Assembly (NCBI GenBank): GCA_963676105.1
Contig: OY781039.1
Location: 1,770,001-1,802,000 of the forward strand
From: Erysipelotrichaceae bacterium
Lineage (GTDB): Bacteria > Bacillota_I > Bacilli_A > Erysipelotrichales > Erysipelotrichaceae
Reading direction: 5' to 3'
Length of the DNA: 32,000 nucleotides
Made by a program: the position numbers and the translations under genes. The notes beneath the pieces were generated by a model, which saw only the letters and a list, made by a program, of their open reading frames with translations, ran no database searches and had not been told where the DNA came from. Of this stretch, positions 1-9,589 are shown piece after piece (the stretch's first letter is position 1; each line of letters begins with the position of its first letter).

Positions 1-891
1 TTGATAAAAGTAACCTTCACGTACACCATAGGATGATAATCTAAAGCTTTGTGCTTTAATTTTTTTCATGAGTTCAAATAGAATTAGTGAACCAGGAATG
101 AGTGTTGTTAAACGCTCAGGGACTTGGTTTACAATCACTTCAGCTAAAGCTTTTGGGTCTTCGGTGGCTGAGTCCATAAATTGATTAAGAATGTCATAAG
201 ACATCTGCATATCATAAATAGATTGTTGAATATCATATTTAGCTTGATGGACACGCATAAGAGCACGTGCTGATCCACCAATGCCAAACATGGTCTCAAC
301 TTCGATTTTATCTAACCAATCGATTTGTGCTAATAAATTTTGAATCTCAATACGCATTAACATCATTTCACCATTGCTTGGTAAAATCTCTTGAACATGA
401 TTGATATAAGTATTTAAACTACCCATTGGGATTGAGACAGTATGTATCGCTTTGTCGTGTTTGAAATACGTAATTTCAGTGGATGCGCCACCAACATCAA
501 CACTGACACCTTCGATAGGAAGTTCAATATTTCTTTTTAAACCTTCAAAACCATAGATGCTTTCTTCTTTCGCATCCAATAAATCAATCTTATGTTGGAT
601 GGCATCTTCAATCTGAGTTTTAACAGCTTCTGAATTTTGAATGTTACGAACAGATGCAGTTGCGAAGATATGAAGTTCAACAACATCTTTAGTACGTGCG
701 ATCATCATCAGTTCTTTAAGATTTTCAATAATGGTTTCTATACCCATTTTGCTCATTTGTCCATCAACGATGTACTTGGCACTTTGAGCTTGTCTTTTGA
801 TATTAGTGGTTTTTAAAAGACTTTGACCATCCCAGGTATAAACAACTAAACGAATTGTGTTTGATCCTAGGTCAATAATTCCAATACGCAT
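1..891 (-). CDS. Ppx/GppA-family phosphatase (exopolyphosphatase / guanosine pentaphosphate phosphohydrolase-like); C-terminal end runs off the window
   Basis: Not in the ORF track because it is open to the window edge. Reverse translation from ATG (complement of 889-891) reads MRIGIIDLGSNTIRLVVY...VSVDVGGASTEITYF...SYGVREGYFYQ. The DLGSN and DxGGxSTE phosphate-binding motifs are typical of the Ppx/GppA ASKHA fold. A GAGGA Shine-Dalgarno lies just upstream (complement of ~896-900). The frame stays open for all 297 codons. Confidence 0.75.
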   Translation of the reverse strand, partial: MRIGIIDLGSNTIRLVVYTWDGQSLLKTTNIKRQAQSAKYIVDGQMSKMGIETIIENLKELMMIARTKDVVELHIFATASVRNIQNSEAVKTQIEDAIQHKIDLLDAKEESIYGFEGLKRNIELPIEGVSVDVGGASTEITYFKHDKAIHTVSIPMGSLNTYINHVQEILPSNGEMMLMRIEIQNLLAQIDWLDKIEVETMFGIGGSARALMRVHQAKYDIQQSIYDMQMSYDILNQFMDSATEDPKALAEVIVNQVPERLTTLIPGSLILFELMKKIKAQSFRLSSYGVREGYFYQ

Positions 892-954
892 ATGATCCTC
901 GATTCTACATCAAGTAAAACTTGGTGGGATAATATCATTTTAGTACAAATATCT

Positions 955-988
955 TTGATATTCGTAAAAAAGTGCTTACAATAGAAGC
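955..988 (+). promoter_or_regulatory. Sigma-A-type promoter placed for a leaderless transcript of the LacI-family gene
   Basis: TTGATA (955-960), 16-nt spacer, TACAAT (977-982), then exactly 6 nt to ATG 989. No Shine-Dalgarno sequence lies between them. Confidence 0.45.
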
Positions 989-1969
989 ATGATTAATATT
1001 AAAGAGATAGCAAAGAAGGCTAACGTTGGTGTTGGAACCGTTTCCAGGGTTATTAATAATTCAGGGTATGTTTCTCAAAAGACACGTGAGAAGGTTGAAA
1101 AGGTTATAGCTGAAACGGGTTATCACTCAAATGAAATCGCTCGAAGCATGAGTACACAACACAATAATATTGTGGCTTTTCTATTGCCTAACTCTACGCA
1201 TTATTTCTTTGGTAGTTTAATTCATGAGGTTGAACAAGAACTTTATCGCAAAGGTTATCACCTAATGTTATGTCAATCATCTGAACAATTAGAAAAAGAA
1301 ATTATTTATATTGATTTATTAAAAAAACGACGTGTTGATGGGATTATTCTTTTATCCAATAATGATATTGAAGATTACTTAAATGAAACTATGCCAATTG
1401 TAACCTTTGACCGTAAGTTTGATTTTTTACCTTATGTAGCTTCTGATAACTACCAAGGTGGTGTTTTAGCTGCACAACGTTTAATTAAACAAGGTTGTAA
1501 ACATTTTGCCTTTGTCGGGGATGATGCACAAGGTGAACATACTAGTGTTAAAACAGATGTTAGTAATCGACGCCACGGATTTATTGAAGAATTAAAGCGT
1601 CAAGGAGTAGAGAGTATCCTTAATGTTGAATATCCATTAGGTGATTATAATTATGTCCCTGACTATGTTTACGATACGATCCTAGAACATACAGAACTGG
1701 ATGGAATTTTCTGTAATAATGACAACATTGCTTCAGAAATCGTTATGCATTTAGAGAGTAGTAATAAAAGTGTTCCACAAGATGTCAAGGTTATAGGCTT
1801 TGATGGTGGTGCCTACGGATTTAATTTGGGTCGAAATATTACGTCCATTGTTCAAGATACTCATGAGCTATCAATCGCTTTAGTCGCAAGTTTAATTGAT
1901 CTTATGAAAAAACGAAAAACCAGTAATAAAATAGTGCCAGTTAGTCTTTCTGATGGTGAAACTGGCTAA
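989..1969 (+). CDS. LacI-family transcriptional regulator (sugar-responsive repressor)
   Basis: N-terminal HTH MINIKEIAKKANVGVGTVSRVINN is the canonical LacI/GalR DNA-binding motif. It is followed by a periplasmic-binding-protein-like sugar-binding core (326 aa). Confidence 0.9.
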   Translation: MINIKEIAKKANVGVGTVSRVINNSGYVSQKTREKVEKVIAETGYHSNEIARSMSTQHNNIVAFLLPNSTHYFFGSLIHEVEQELYRKGYHLMLCQSSEQLEKEIIYIDLLKKRRVDGIILLSNNDIEDYLNETMPIVTFDRKFDFLPYVASDNYQGGVLAAQRLIKQGCKHFAFVGDDAQGEHTSVKTDVSNRRHGFIEELKRQGVESILNVEYPLGDYNYVPDYVYDTILEHTELDGIFCNNDNIASEIVMHLESSNKSVPQDVKVIGFDGGAYGFNLGRNITSIVQDTHELSIALVASLIDLMKKRKTSNKIVPVSLSDGETG

Positions 1970-1987
1970 ATTTTCACATAGTAAGTA

Positions 1988-2016
1988 TTGACAGCGCTTT
2001 CAGTTTCATTCATAAT
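1988..2016 (+). promoter_or_regulatory. Promoter of the sugar ABC operon with an overlapping cre-like (CcpA) site
   Basis: TTGACA (1988-1993), 17-nt spacer, CATAAT (2011-2016). TGACAGCGCTTTCA (1989-2002) fits the relaxed cre pattern TGWNANCGNTNWCA and overlaps the -35 box and spacer. Confidence 0.55.
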
Positions 2017-2067
2017 CAAGGTGCAAGGTAAAGATAGAGACATAGTTCTCTATTTAAAAACCTATGG

Positions 2068-2085
2068 TATGGAAACGTTTCCATA
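2068..2085. promoter_or_regulatory. Perfect 18-bp palindromic LacI-type operator
   Basis: TATGGAAACGTTTCCATA is its own reverse complement and has the central CG typical of LacI/GalR operators. It lies between the promoter and the RBS (GGGAG) of the first permease gene. Confidence 0.65.
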
Positions 2086-2105
2086 TTAGATGAAGGGAGT
2101 CAACG

Positions 2106-3203
2106 ATGATTGAAAAAGCATTCTTATCACTTGTTTCATTGGTCATGTTTCTTCTCACGCCATTAGTAGCGCTATATGCAGTGTTACTTAAATGGATTAT
2201 GAAGAAAGATTTCTATGATTTCGATGCGACTAAAGAAAGAAACAAAGTGATGGATCACATTGTGCGTCGTTGGTGGGGTATATCTGATACTGCACAAAAA
2301 AATCGAACATTTGCATTATTCGTAATGCCAACACTATTCGCATTTAGTTTATTCGTAATGTTTACATTTGCCCATGGTATTTACTTATCCATGACAAACT
2401 GGACTGGATTAAATACAGGTAAAGAAGTATTTACAGGACTAGCTAACTACAAAGAAATATTTGGTGATTATGGATTTGCATATTCACTCTATCGAACAGC
2501 ATCCTACGCAGTTATTTCAATCGTTGTAATTAATGTGGTTGCCTTCTTCTTAGCGTTGATGGTTACACAAAACTTAAAACTTAAAAACTTATACAGAGCT
2601 GGATTTTTCCTACCTAACTTAATTGGTGGTTTAGTACTTGGTTATATCTGGCAATTCGTATTCAATAAAGCGGTTACTTCACTCGGTGGTGTATTTGCGA
2701 CTAGTATCTTGGTCAGTGGTGATTCTGCCTTAATTGGATTAGTTATCGTTGTGACATGGCAATATGCAGGATACATCATGATGATTTATATCGCAGCACT
2801 TCAAAACGTTCCACAAGATCTCATTGAAGCAAGTAAGATTGATGGCGCAAATGCATGGCAAAGACTGAAAACCGTTACGATGCCGCTTGTTGCCCAAGCT
2901 TTCACTGTTGCGATGTTTCTAACCTTAGTTACATCATTTAAACAATTTGATACAATCGTATCTTTAACTCAAGGTGGACCAGGGGCACTCTTGCCTCAAT
3001 GGTTAGGCCAAATGTTTGGTTTAGGAACTTTCACGCCGGTTGTGAATTCAAATGAACTCTTAGCCATGAATATTTATCAAGAAGCTTTCACTAAATACCA
3101 ATTAGGCGTTGGGCAAGCTAAAGCAGTTGTCTTCTTTAGTTTCTTGGTTGTTATTTCTCTCTTACAAGTCTATTACAACAAACGTAAGGAGGTTGAACTT
3201 TAA
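2106..3203 (+). CDS. Carbohydrate ABC transporter permease (CUT1 family, MalF/MsmF-like) with an extra N-terminal TM segment
   Basis: Multi-TM protein with the EAA-loop region (EASKIDGANAWQRLKTVTMPL) of binding-protein-dependent permeases. RBS GAAGGGAG lies upstream. Confidence 0.85.
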   Translation: MIEKAFLSLVSLVMFLLTPLVALYAVLLKWIMKKDFYDFDATKERNKVMDHIVRRWWGISDTAQKNRTFALFVMPTLFAFSLFVMFTFAHGIYLSMTNWTGLNTGKEVFTGLANYKEIFGDYGFAYSLYRTASYAVISIVVINVVAFFLALMVTQNLKLKNLYRAGFFLPNLIGGLVLGYIWQFVFNKAVTSLGGVFATSILVSGDSALIGLVIVVTWQYAGYIMMIYIAALQNVPQDLIEASKIDGANAWQRLKTVTMPLVAQAFTVAMFLTLVTSFKQFDTIVSLTQGGPGALLPQWLGQMFGLGTFTPVVNSNELLAMNIYQEAFTKYQLGVGQAKAVVFFSFLVVISLLQVYYNKRKEVEL

Positions 3204-4081
3204 TGGAAACAAAAAGACCTTGGTATTCATTTATCTTCAGTAAATATTTCCCACTTGAAGTCTTAGCATTTGTCCTTATGTTAGTGTTCTTCGCACCATT
3301 TGTGTTGGTGTTCATTAACTCATCTAAAACAGCTTATGAAATTACATTAACACCACTAGCTCTTCCAACAGATTGGAGCAATCTCTACAAAAATGTCATT
3401 GAAATTGCGACACGACCTAAGATTAATTACTTTAGTGCTTTTATTAACTCAACGATCATCACCACTGTTTCATTAACAGCGATTGGTGTCTTAAGTGCCA
3501 TGGCAGCTTGGGTCTTAGTAAGAACTAAAACACGTTATTCAACAATTATCTTTATGTTCTTTCTAGCAGGTATGGTTGTCCCATTCCAAGTGGTTATGTT
3601 GCCTTTGGTTAGATTATTAGAAACCTTAAAAAATCTGACAGGTATTCCATTTAAAGATACCTATCAAGGGGTAATCCTTGCCTATATTGGTTTTGGAGCT
3701 CCATTAACAATCTTTATGTTTCATGGATTTATTAAATCTATACCAATGGATATAGAAGAAGCTGCGATTATTGATGGTTGTACTCGACCACAAGTCTTCT
3801 TCAAAATTATCCTTCCTATTTTAAAACCTATCTTTGTGACCATGTTAGTTATTAATGGTATGTGGATTTGGAATGACTACCTCTTACCATTACTTGTTAT
3901 TGGGGTAGGAGGGGACGTTAAGACTTTACCATTATCAGTGGCATCACTAGCCGGTTTCTATGATAAAGAATGGGCATTGATTTTAACATCAGTCTTAATG
4001 GCTGCACTTCCTGTTCTAATTCTATTCATCTTTGCACAGAAACATATTATTAAAGGTATGACATCTGGTGCGATTAAATAA
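3203..4081 (+). CDS. Carbohydrate ABC transporter permease (CUT1 family, MalG/MsmG-like)
   Basis: EAA-loop EEAAIIDGCTRPQVFFKIILPILKP. The start overlaps the previous stop (TAATG), which implies translational coupling. Confidence 0.85.
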   Translation: METKRPWYSFIFSKYFPLEVLAFVLMLVFFAPFVLVFINSSKTAYEITLTPLALPTDWSNLYKNVIEIATRPKINYFSAFINSTIITTVSLTAIGVLSAMAAWVLVRTKTRYSTIIFMFFLAGMVVPFQVVMLPLVRLLETLKNLTGIPFKDTYQGVILAYIGFGAPLTIFMFHGFIKSIPMDIEEAAIIDGCTRPQVFFKIILPILKPIFVTMLVINGMWIWNDYLLPLLVIGVGGDVKTLPLSVASLAGFYDKEWALILTSVLMAALPVLILFIFAQKHIIKGMTSGAIK

Positions 4082-4219
4082 CTTTGGTTTGAACGATTAA
4101 GAAAATCGTTTAGATAAAGATGTAAGCAAACATAAGTTAGTAGCTTCAAAAGCTTGCATCATGAATTTGGTATTAATCAATCATTGAAGATTGATACACT
4201 TTTTTCAATAAAGGAGGAC

Positions 4220-5488
4220 ATGAAATTGAAAAAGTTAGCATTGTTGTTGGCTTCAATCGTCGTGCTAGGTAGTTTAGCTGCTTGCTCATCTACACCAGCT
4301 GAAGAAGAAGTCGCAAAATCACTCGTTATTTTCCAAAATAAAGTTGAAATTGACGATGTATTATCTGCATACGCTACAGCCTGGGGTGAAGCAAATGACG
4401 TTGAAGTCACTGTAACAACCTGTGGTGGTGATAGCTGTGCATACGGTGATCAAATCTTGGCAGAATTCCAAGGTGAAAGACAACCTGACATCTTCGTTAT
4501 CGAAGGTATGGGCGGATATAATATCTATAAAGATAATATCGCTGCATTCGATGGTGATGCTTGGATTGACAACACCGGTTTAGAATTTGTCGTAGACGGT
4601 ACTGTCTATGGTTTCCCTGTAGCTGTTGAAGCTTGGGGTATGGCTTACAATAAAGACATCTTAGAAGCTGCTGGTGTTGATATTGAAGCATTAATGGATG
4701 TTTCACAAGAAGAATATGCTGCAGTATTTGCACAAATTCAAGATTACTATGACGCTAATGGTATGGATGACTACACTGTAGTATCTATGGCTGCGGGTTC
4801 AGGTATGACTTGGGTTACTGGTTTACATAACTTTAACGGTTATCTATCAGCTGGTTTAGACTATACTGATAATTCTGTTATTACAGCCTTAAACGCAGGT
4901 ACAGTTGATGCTGATCGTTTAGCACAATTAGCTGACTGGGTTGAATTATTATTCATGTATGCTGATCAAACAGTTTTAACAACTGGTGGTTATGATGAAC
5001 AAGTTGGTGCATTCGCAACTGGTAAAGCTGCATTCTTACACCAAGGTAACTGGACAGACAGCTCATATGCTGATTCCGATTTCGAAATGGGTTACTTACC
5101 ACACGCTACTATGGCTGAAGGTAATGATTCTATCTTCGTCGGTGCTCCATCATATTACGTAATTAACAATGCATCTGAAATGCAAGATGTAGCAAAAGCT
5201 TTCTTAGAAGACTTAGCCGCAACTGACGCAGGTCATGATTACATGGTTAACCAAGCTAATATGGTTCCAGCATTCAATTCTGTAACATTATTACCTTCTA
5301 CTCCACTATCTGCTGATGTAGTTAACTGGGTACAAGCTGGTAAGATGTATGCTTGGTGGCAAAATGATATGCCTTCAGGTTTCGGTATGGATACTCTAGG
5401 TCCTATCTACGAATTATTTGCTAAAGGTGAATTAACAAAAGCTGACTTCATTGCACAAGTTACAGCTGCTATTGAAACTTTAAAATAA
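4220..5488 (+). CDS. Extracellular sugar-binding lipoprotein of the ABC transporter
   Basis: The ORF track starts at a TTG at 4154. ATG 4220 follows AAAGGAGGA and gives MKLKKLALLLASIVVLGSLAAC, a lipoprotein signal peptide with a lipobox. The rest is a large sugar-type (Trp/Tyr-rich) solute-binding fold. Confidence 0.85.
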   Translation: MKLKKLALLLASIVVLGSLAACSSTPAEEEVAKSLVIFQNKVEIDDVLSAYATAWGEANDVEVTVTTCGGDSCAYGDQILAEFQGERQPDIFVIEGMGGYNIYKDNIAAFDGDAWIDNTGLEFVVDGTVYGFPVAVEAWGMAYNKDILEAAGVDIEALMDVSQEEYAAVFAQIQDYYDANGMDDYTVVSMAAGSGMTWVTGLHNFNGYLSAGLDYTDNSVITALNAGTVDADRLAQLADWVELLFMYADQTVLTTGGYDEQVGAFATGKAAFLHQGNWTDSSYADSDFEMGYLPHATMAEGNDSIFVGAPSYYVINNASEMQDVAKAFLEDLAATDAGHDYMVNQANMVPAFNSVTLLPSTPLSADVVNWVQAGKMYAWWQNDMPSGFGMDTLGPIYELFAKGELTKADFIAQVTAAIETLK

Positions 5489-5500
5489 GTTACAATTAAA

Positions 5501-5526
5501 GGGCATAGCAATATGCCCTTTTCTTT
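5501..5526 (+). terminator. Rho-independent terminator/attenuating hairpin after the binding-protein gene
   Basis: GGGCATA-GCAA-TATGCCC stem-loop (5501-5518) followed by TTTTCTTT. Confidence 0.6.
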
Positions 5527-5551
5527 CCTAAATTTTATTGAGGTGAAAAAC

Positions 5552-6511
5552 ATGAAAGTTTGTACATTTGGAGAATTACTCATTGATGTTACACCCTATG
5601 GTGTAAGTGATAAAGGCTATCCTGTATCTGAATTTAATCCTGGTGGTGCACCAGCTAATGTGGCGGTAGCGCTAGTTAATCTTGGAGTTGACGCTAGTTT
5701 TATAGGTCAAGTCGGTGATGATCATTGGGGTCATTTCTTAAAATCAGTTTTAGATGAAAAAAATGTAGATACAGAAGGCTTACTTTTAAGCAAAGATTAT
5801 CTAACCACTCTAGCCATGGTTAATTTAGCTGAAAACGGTGAGAGATCATTTAGTTTTTATCGTAAATATGGCGCAGACGTCATGATTAAAATGAATCAAG
5901 GCTTTAAAGATAAAATTGATGAAGCTAATGTTTTTCATTTGGGTTCAGTCTCGATGAGTGATGAACCAAGTCGAAGCACCTCATTCGATTGTTTAAATTA
6001 CGCTAAGACAAAAGGAAAACTCGTAAGTTATGATCCAAACTTAAGAGAGCTATTGTGGCGTGATTTAAGTGAGGCGAAAAAACAAATCCTTAAGGGTATG
6101 CAGTATGCGGATATCGTTAAGGTGTCAGAAGAAGAGTTAGAGTTTTTAACAGATGAAAAAGATCATAAAATAGCTAGTCAACAACTGCTTGATCGTTATC
6201 CGATTAAAATTTTACTTATTACATACGGTAAAGATGGTTGTGTTGTTTGTTCACATGAACAATTTACAAAAGTTGATCCATTTAGTGTTTCTGCAGTAGA
6301 TACAACAGGTGCAGGGGATGGTTTCTTTGGCGCTTTCTTAGCTAAAGTACTGAAATCTAATAAAACAGTGGATACTTTAAGTCATGAAGAATTATGTGCT
6401 TATGCAAAATTTGCGAATGCTTGCGGAGCATATGCGACCACGAAAAAAGGTGCAATAGGTGCTCTCGCAACAGAAGAAATGATAAGAGGTCATTTTGGAG
6501 ACATCGAATGA
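5552..6511 (+). CDS. PfkB-family fructokinase
   Basis: ATG 5552 follows GAGGTG. MKVCTFGELLIDV..NPGGAPANVA at the N-terminus and DTTGAGDGF near the C-terminus are PfkB carbohydrate-kinase signatures. The upstream part of the track ORF (from 5513) covers the terminator and is unlikely to be coding. Confidence 0.85.
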   Translation: MKVCTFGELLIDVTPYGVSDKGYPVSEFNPGGAPANVAVALVNLGVDASFIGQVGDDHWGHFLKSVLDEKNVDTEGLLLSKDYLTTLAMVNLAENGERSFSFYRKYGADVMIKMNQGFKDKIDEANVFHLGSVSMSDEPSRSTSFDCLNYAKTKGKLVSYDPNLRELLWRDLSEAKKQILKGMQYADIVKVSEEELEFLTDEKDHKIASQQLLDRYPIKILLITYGKDGCVVCSHEQFTKVDPFSVSAVDTTGAGDGFFGAFLAKVLKSNKTVDTLSHEELCAYAKFANACGAYATTKKGAIGALATEEMIRGHFGDIE

Positions 6512-8328
6512 ATCATCGAAATGAAATCGAAAAACTTTATCTAAAAGTTTATGGTGAATATGCTCGTCCAAAACTTCAAGAACTCTATGACATCATGGAT
6601 GAAGCAAAGAAAAATCGTAAGAAAGAACTTGTTCAATTAGATGCTAAACAGAAGAACTGGTATTTTTCTCAAAACTTAGTCGGTATGACACTCTATATTG
6701 ATTTATTTGCAGGTGATATAAAAAAGCTTATTCGTAAGATTGATTATTTTAATGATTTAGGTATTACCTTTATTCATTTAATGCCACTACTTAAACCACG
6801 TGATGGTGAAAATGATGGTGGTTATGCCGTTGAAGATTATCGAACAATTGATCCTAACTTAGGAACAAATGAAGACTTTGTTAAACTCTTAGATGTCTAT
6901 CGTAAAAATGGTGTGTATATCTGTATAGACTATGTCATCAATCATGTCGCAAAAGAACATGAGTGGGCAAAAGAAGCCTTAGCTGGTGATAAGACTAAAC
7001 AAGAGTATTTTATTATGTTTGATAATGATGAAATGCCACGTAGATATAACCGTACTGTACCTGAAGTTTTACCAGATAAGTGTCCTGGCAACTTTACCTT
7101 TTATCCAGAAATTAGCAAACATGTCTTTACATCATTCTCTGATTTTCAATGGGACTTAAATTTTAAGAATCCAGATGTCTTTAATGGCATGACTGATAAC
7201 ATGCTATACCTTGCGAATTTAGGTATAAATATGATTCGTTTAGATGCCATTCCATTTATGTGGAAAGAAGTAGATACCACATGTCGTAATTTAGATCCAA
7301 TCCATGATTTAATGCGATTATTCCATCATATTAAAGAGGATGTTTGTCCTTCACTCGCATTGTTGGGTGAAGCGATAGTAGAGCCAGAAGAGATTGTTAA
7401 GTACTTTGGTTCTGATCATGAATCAGAATGCGAAATCATGTATAACGCTAATTTAATGGTAGATATTTATAATGCTTTTGCGACCCGCGATGTTCGCTTG
7501 ATTTCTGTTGATGCAAATCGTTTCCAAATTCCACAACGTGCTAGTTGGATGAATTATGTTCGATGTCATGATGATATTGGTTGGGGTTTTAATAATGAAG
7601 CCATTCAATCATTTGGTTTAGATCCAGAATCACATAAACAATTCTTAATTCAATTCTATGGTAATGATTTTGAAGGTTCATTCTCAAAAGGTGAACATTA
7701 TCAATATAATCCACTGACTCGCGATGCACGTACTAATGGAACCTTAGCAAGTCTATTAGGTCTGGAGAAGGCTGTTGATTATAAAGAAGACTATCGACAA
7801 TATGAAGCATTAAGACGTATTAACTTAGCGCATGCTTTAATCATGAGTTATCGTGGTTTCCCACTCATTTATTCAGGTGATGAAATTGCGACACTCAATG
7901 ATCAAAGTTATTTAGATGACCCAGCTAAATCACGTGAAGGACGTTGGGTTCATCGTCCATTCTTTGATTGGAAACGTTCTAAGAAAAAAGATGAAAAGGG
8001 TACTTTTGAATATGAAGTGTATCAAAGTCTAAAAACACTTATTCAAAAACGTAAGAAATTACCATATCTACAAGGACAAGCAGTTCAGTTTGCTTTAGAT
8101 GTTCATAATAATTCAGTACTGTGTTTAATTAGACGTCATGGTAATAATGCAATGTTCTTACTCTTCAATTTCTCAGAGAATACTCAAATAATTCAAACTG
8201 ATATCTTAAGACAAGTACTTAGTGCTCCTGTTTACGAAGATCTTATTCAAGGTAGAGAGTTTGATATGAATTGGCATAGTATTACACTAAGTCCATATGA
8301 ATATATTTGGGCAGTTCCTAAAAAGTAA
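6508..8328 (+). CDS. GH13 alpha-amylase-family enzyme, amylosucrase-like (sucrose-acting glucosyltransferase/hydrolase)
   Basis: ATG 6508 overlaps the fructokinase stop (ATGA). GH13 catalytic regions are present: DYVINH, GINMIRLDAIPFMWK (nucleophile Asp), LLGEAIV (acid/base Glu), NYVRCHDDIGW. These resemble amylosucrase blocks as I recall them. The track's upstream extension (6394-6507) is an out-of-frame read-through of the fructokinase gene. Confidence 0.8.
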   Translation: MNHRNEIEKLYLKVYGEYARPKLQELYDIMDEAKKNRKKELVQLDAKQKNWYFSQNLVGMTLYIDLFAGDIKKLIRKIDYFNDLGITFIHLMPLLKPRDGENDGGYAVEDYRTIDPNLGTNEDFVKLLDVYRKNGVYICIDYVINHVAKEHEWAKEALAGDKTKQEYFIMFDNDEMPRRYNRTVPEVLPDKCPGNFTFYPEISKHVFTSFSDFQWDLNFKNPDVFNGMTDNMLYLANLGINMIRLDAIPFMWKEVDTTCRNLDPIHDLMRLFHHIKEDVCPSLALLGEAIVEPEEIVKYFGSDHESECEIMYNANLMVDIYNAFATRDVRLISVDANRFQIPQRASWMNYVRCHDDIGWGFNNEAIQSFGLDPESHKQFLIQFYGNDFEGSFSKGEHYQYNPLTRDARTNGTLASLLGLEKAVDYKEDYRQYEALRRINLAHALIMSYRGFPLIYSGDEIATLNDQSYLDDPAKSREGRWVHRPFFDWKRSKKKDEKGTFEYEVYQSLKTLIQKRKKLPYLQGQAVQFALDVHNNSVLCLIRRHGNNAMFLLFNFSENTQIIQTDILRQVLSAPVYEDLIQGREFDMNWHSITLSPYEYIWAVPKK

Positions 8329-8350
8329 AAAAGGCTCACGCCTTTTTATT
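8328..8350. terminator. Bidirectional terminator between convergent genes
   Basis: AAAAAGGC-TCAC-GCCTTTTT hairpin (8328-8347) with A-run and T-run flanks. It overlaps both stop codons. Confidence 0.6.
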
Positions 8351-9521
8351 TTATTTCTATAAACGATTGAAGTTTATCCATACCAATGGCACCAAGTGGT
8401 GCTGTGACAAGTATCGCAAGAACTGCCATCGCAAGTATGGTATTACCACTAGCTAAACCCATACTAAATGGAATAGCACCAATAGCGGCTTGGACAGTTG
8501 CCTTAGGTGAATATGAAACCATACAATAAATCTTTTCTTTAAAAGTAAAATTATTTTTAGATACAGATACAAAGACACCTAATGATCTAAAGATTAGACC
8601 GATAAAGAGAAGAGCTAAAGCACTTAATCCAATGTATTGAAGATGAGTTAAATCTACAATCGCGCCAACTAATACAAAGAGTAATAGTTCGGCAGCCACC
8701 CATGTCTTATTAAACTTAGCGGACAAACGATGAGCTAAGACAGGATATCTTTGAAGTAATGCAATGCCCATCGCTAGAATAGAGATGTAACCAGAAAATG
8801 GAATAATATCACCAAAATGTGACTCGATATTGACTAAGACAAATGATGTCGCTAATAGGATAAGATACTTAACGGTATCTCTTATATGAAATCTCTTAAA
8901 GAATAAAACTAAAATTGTACTAATTAAAAATCCAGTTACAATGCCTAAAATTAAACCTAAAGGTAATCTAACAAAAGTCATCGCATTAACATCTTGTCCG
9001 AGGGCAAGTGCCAAGAATGAACTAAATAAAACAATGACATAAACATCATCAACAGATGAGCCAGCCATAATGAGTTGAGGTATTTTTTTGGTGGTTGCTT
9101 TAGGGTTGTTAATAAGGTTTAGCATACGCGGAACAACTACCGCTGGTGATACTGCCGCAATAATACTTGCGAGTAATGCAGAATCAATATAACTAAGTCC
9201 TAAAAAATGAGGAGCTAATAAAGTGACTGTAATGATTTCTAAGCTCGCAGGTACAAATGATAATAGCACAGCAGGTCTTCCAATTTTCTTTAGATCTTCA
9301 ATATCTAAAGCAAGTCCAGCTCTAAGTAGAATCACAATTAACGCGACCTGTCTTAGTTCACTTGAGATATCTAAAACAGATTGATCTATAAGGTTTAAGG
9401 CATGTGGACCTAAAAGCATCCCTGCGATCATCATGCCGATTAGTCCAGGTAATTTAAGTCGATTAAGGATGCCGCTAAAAAGTAGTCCGACAAATAAAAT
9501 AATTGCTAAGCTTAAAAGCAT
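8346..9521 (-). CDS. Cation:proton antiporter (Na+/H+ exchanger family)
   Basis: 391-aa polytopic membrane protein with about 11-12 hydrophobic segments. Its sequence pattern is typical of the CPA/Na_H_exchanger family. Confidence 0.75.
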   Translation of the reverse strand: MLLSLAIILFVGLLFSGILNRLKLPGLIGMMIAGMLLGPHALNLIDQSVLDISSELRQVALIVILLRAGLALDIEDLKKIGRPAVLLSFVPASLEIITVTLLAPHFLGLSYIDSALLASIIAAVSPAVVVPRMLNLINNPKATTKKIPQLIMAGSSVDDVYVIVLFSSFLALALGQDVNAMTFVRLPLGLILGIVTGFLISTILVLFFKRFHIRDTVKYLILLATSFVLVNIESHFGDIIPFSGYISILAMGIALLQRYPVLAHRLSAKFNKTWVAAELLLFVLVGAIVDLTHLQYIGLSALALLFIGLIFRSLGVFVSVSKNNFTFKEKIYCMVSYSPKATVQAAIGAIPFSMGLASGNTILAMAVLAILVTAPLGAIGMDKLQSFIEIK

Positions 9522-9527
9522 AATTTA

Positions 9528-9555
9528 GTTATAACATGTCCATTGAAAATATCAA
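9528..9555 (-). promoter_or_regulatory. Candidate leaderless promoter of the antiporter gene
   Basis: On the minus strand: TTGATA (c9555-9550), 16 nt, TATAAC (c9533-9528), 6 nt, ATG (c9521-9519). No SD is present. The -10 box ends in C, so the match is weaker. Confidence 0.35.
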
Positions 9556-9589
9556 AATACTTCGGTATATTAATAGAATAAGGGGACAG

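Noticed and set aside
3958-4733. Minus-strand track ORFs 3958-4149, 4177-4410 and 4497-4733
   Set aside because: They lie antisense to, or overlap, the well-supported permease and solute-binding-protein genes. They have low-complexity or odd composition, no RBS and no recognisable motifs. They are shadow ORFs.
6394-6507. N-terminal extension of the GH13 ORF (MCLCKICECLRS...)
   Set aside because: It is an alternate-frame read of the 3' end of the fructokinase gene and is Cys/Arg-rich nonsense. ATG 6508, overlapping the fructokinase stop, gives a sensible amylosucrase-like N-terminus.
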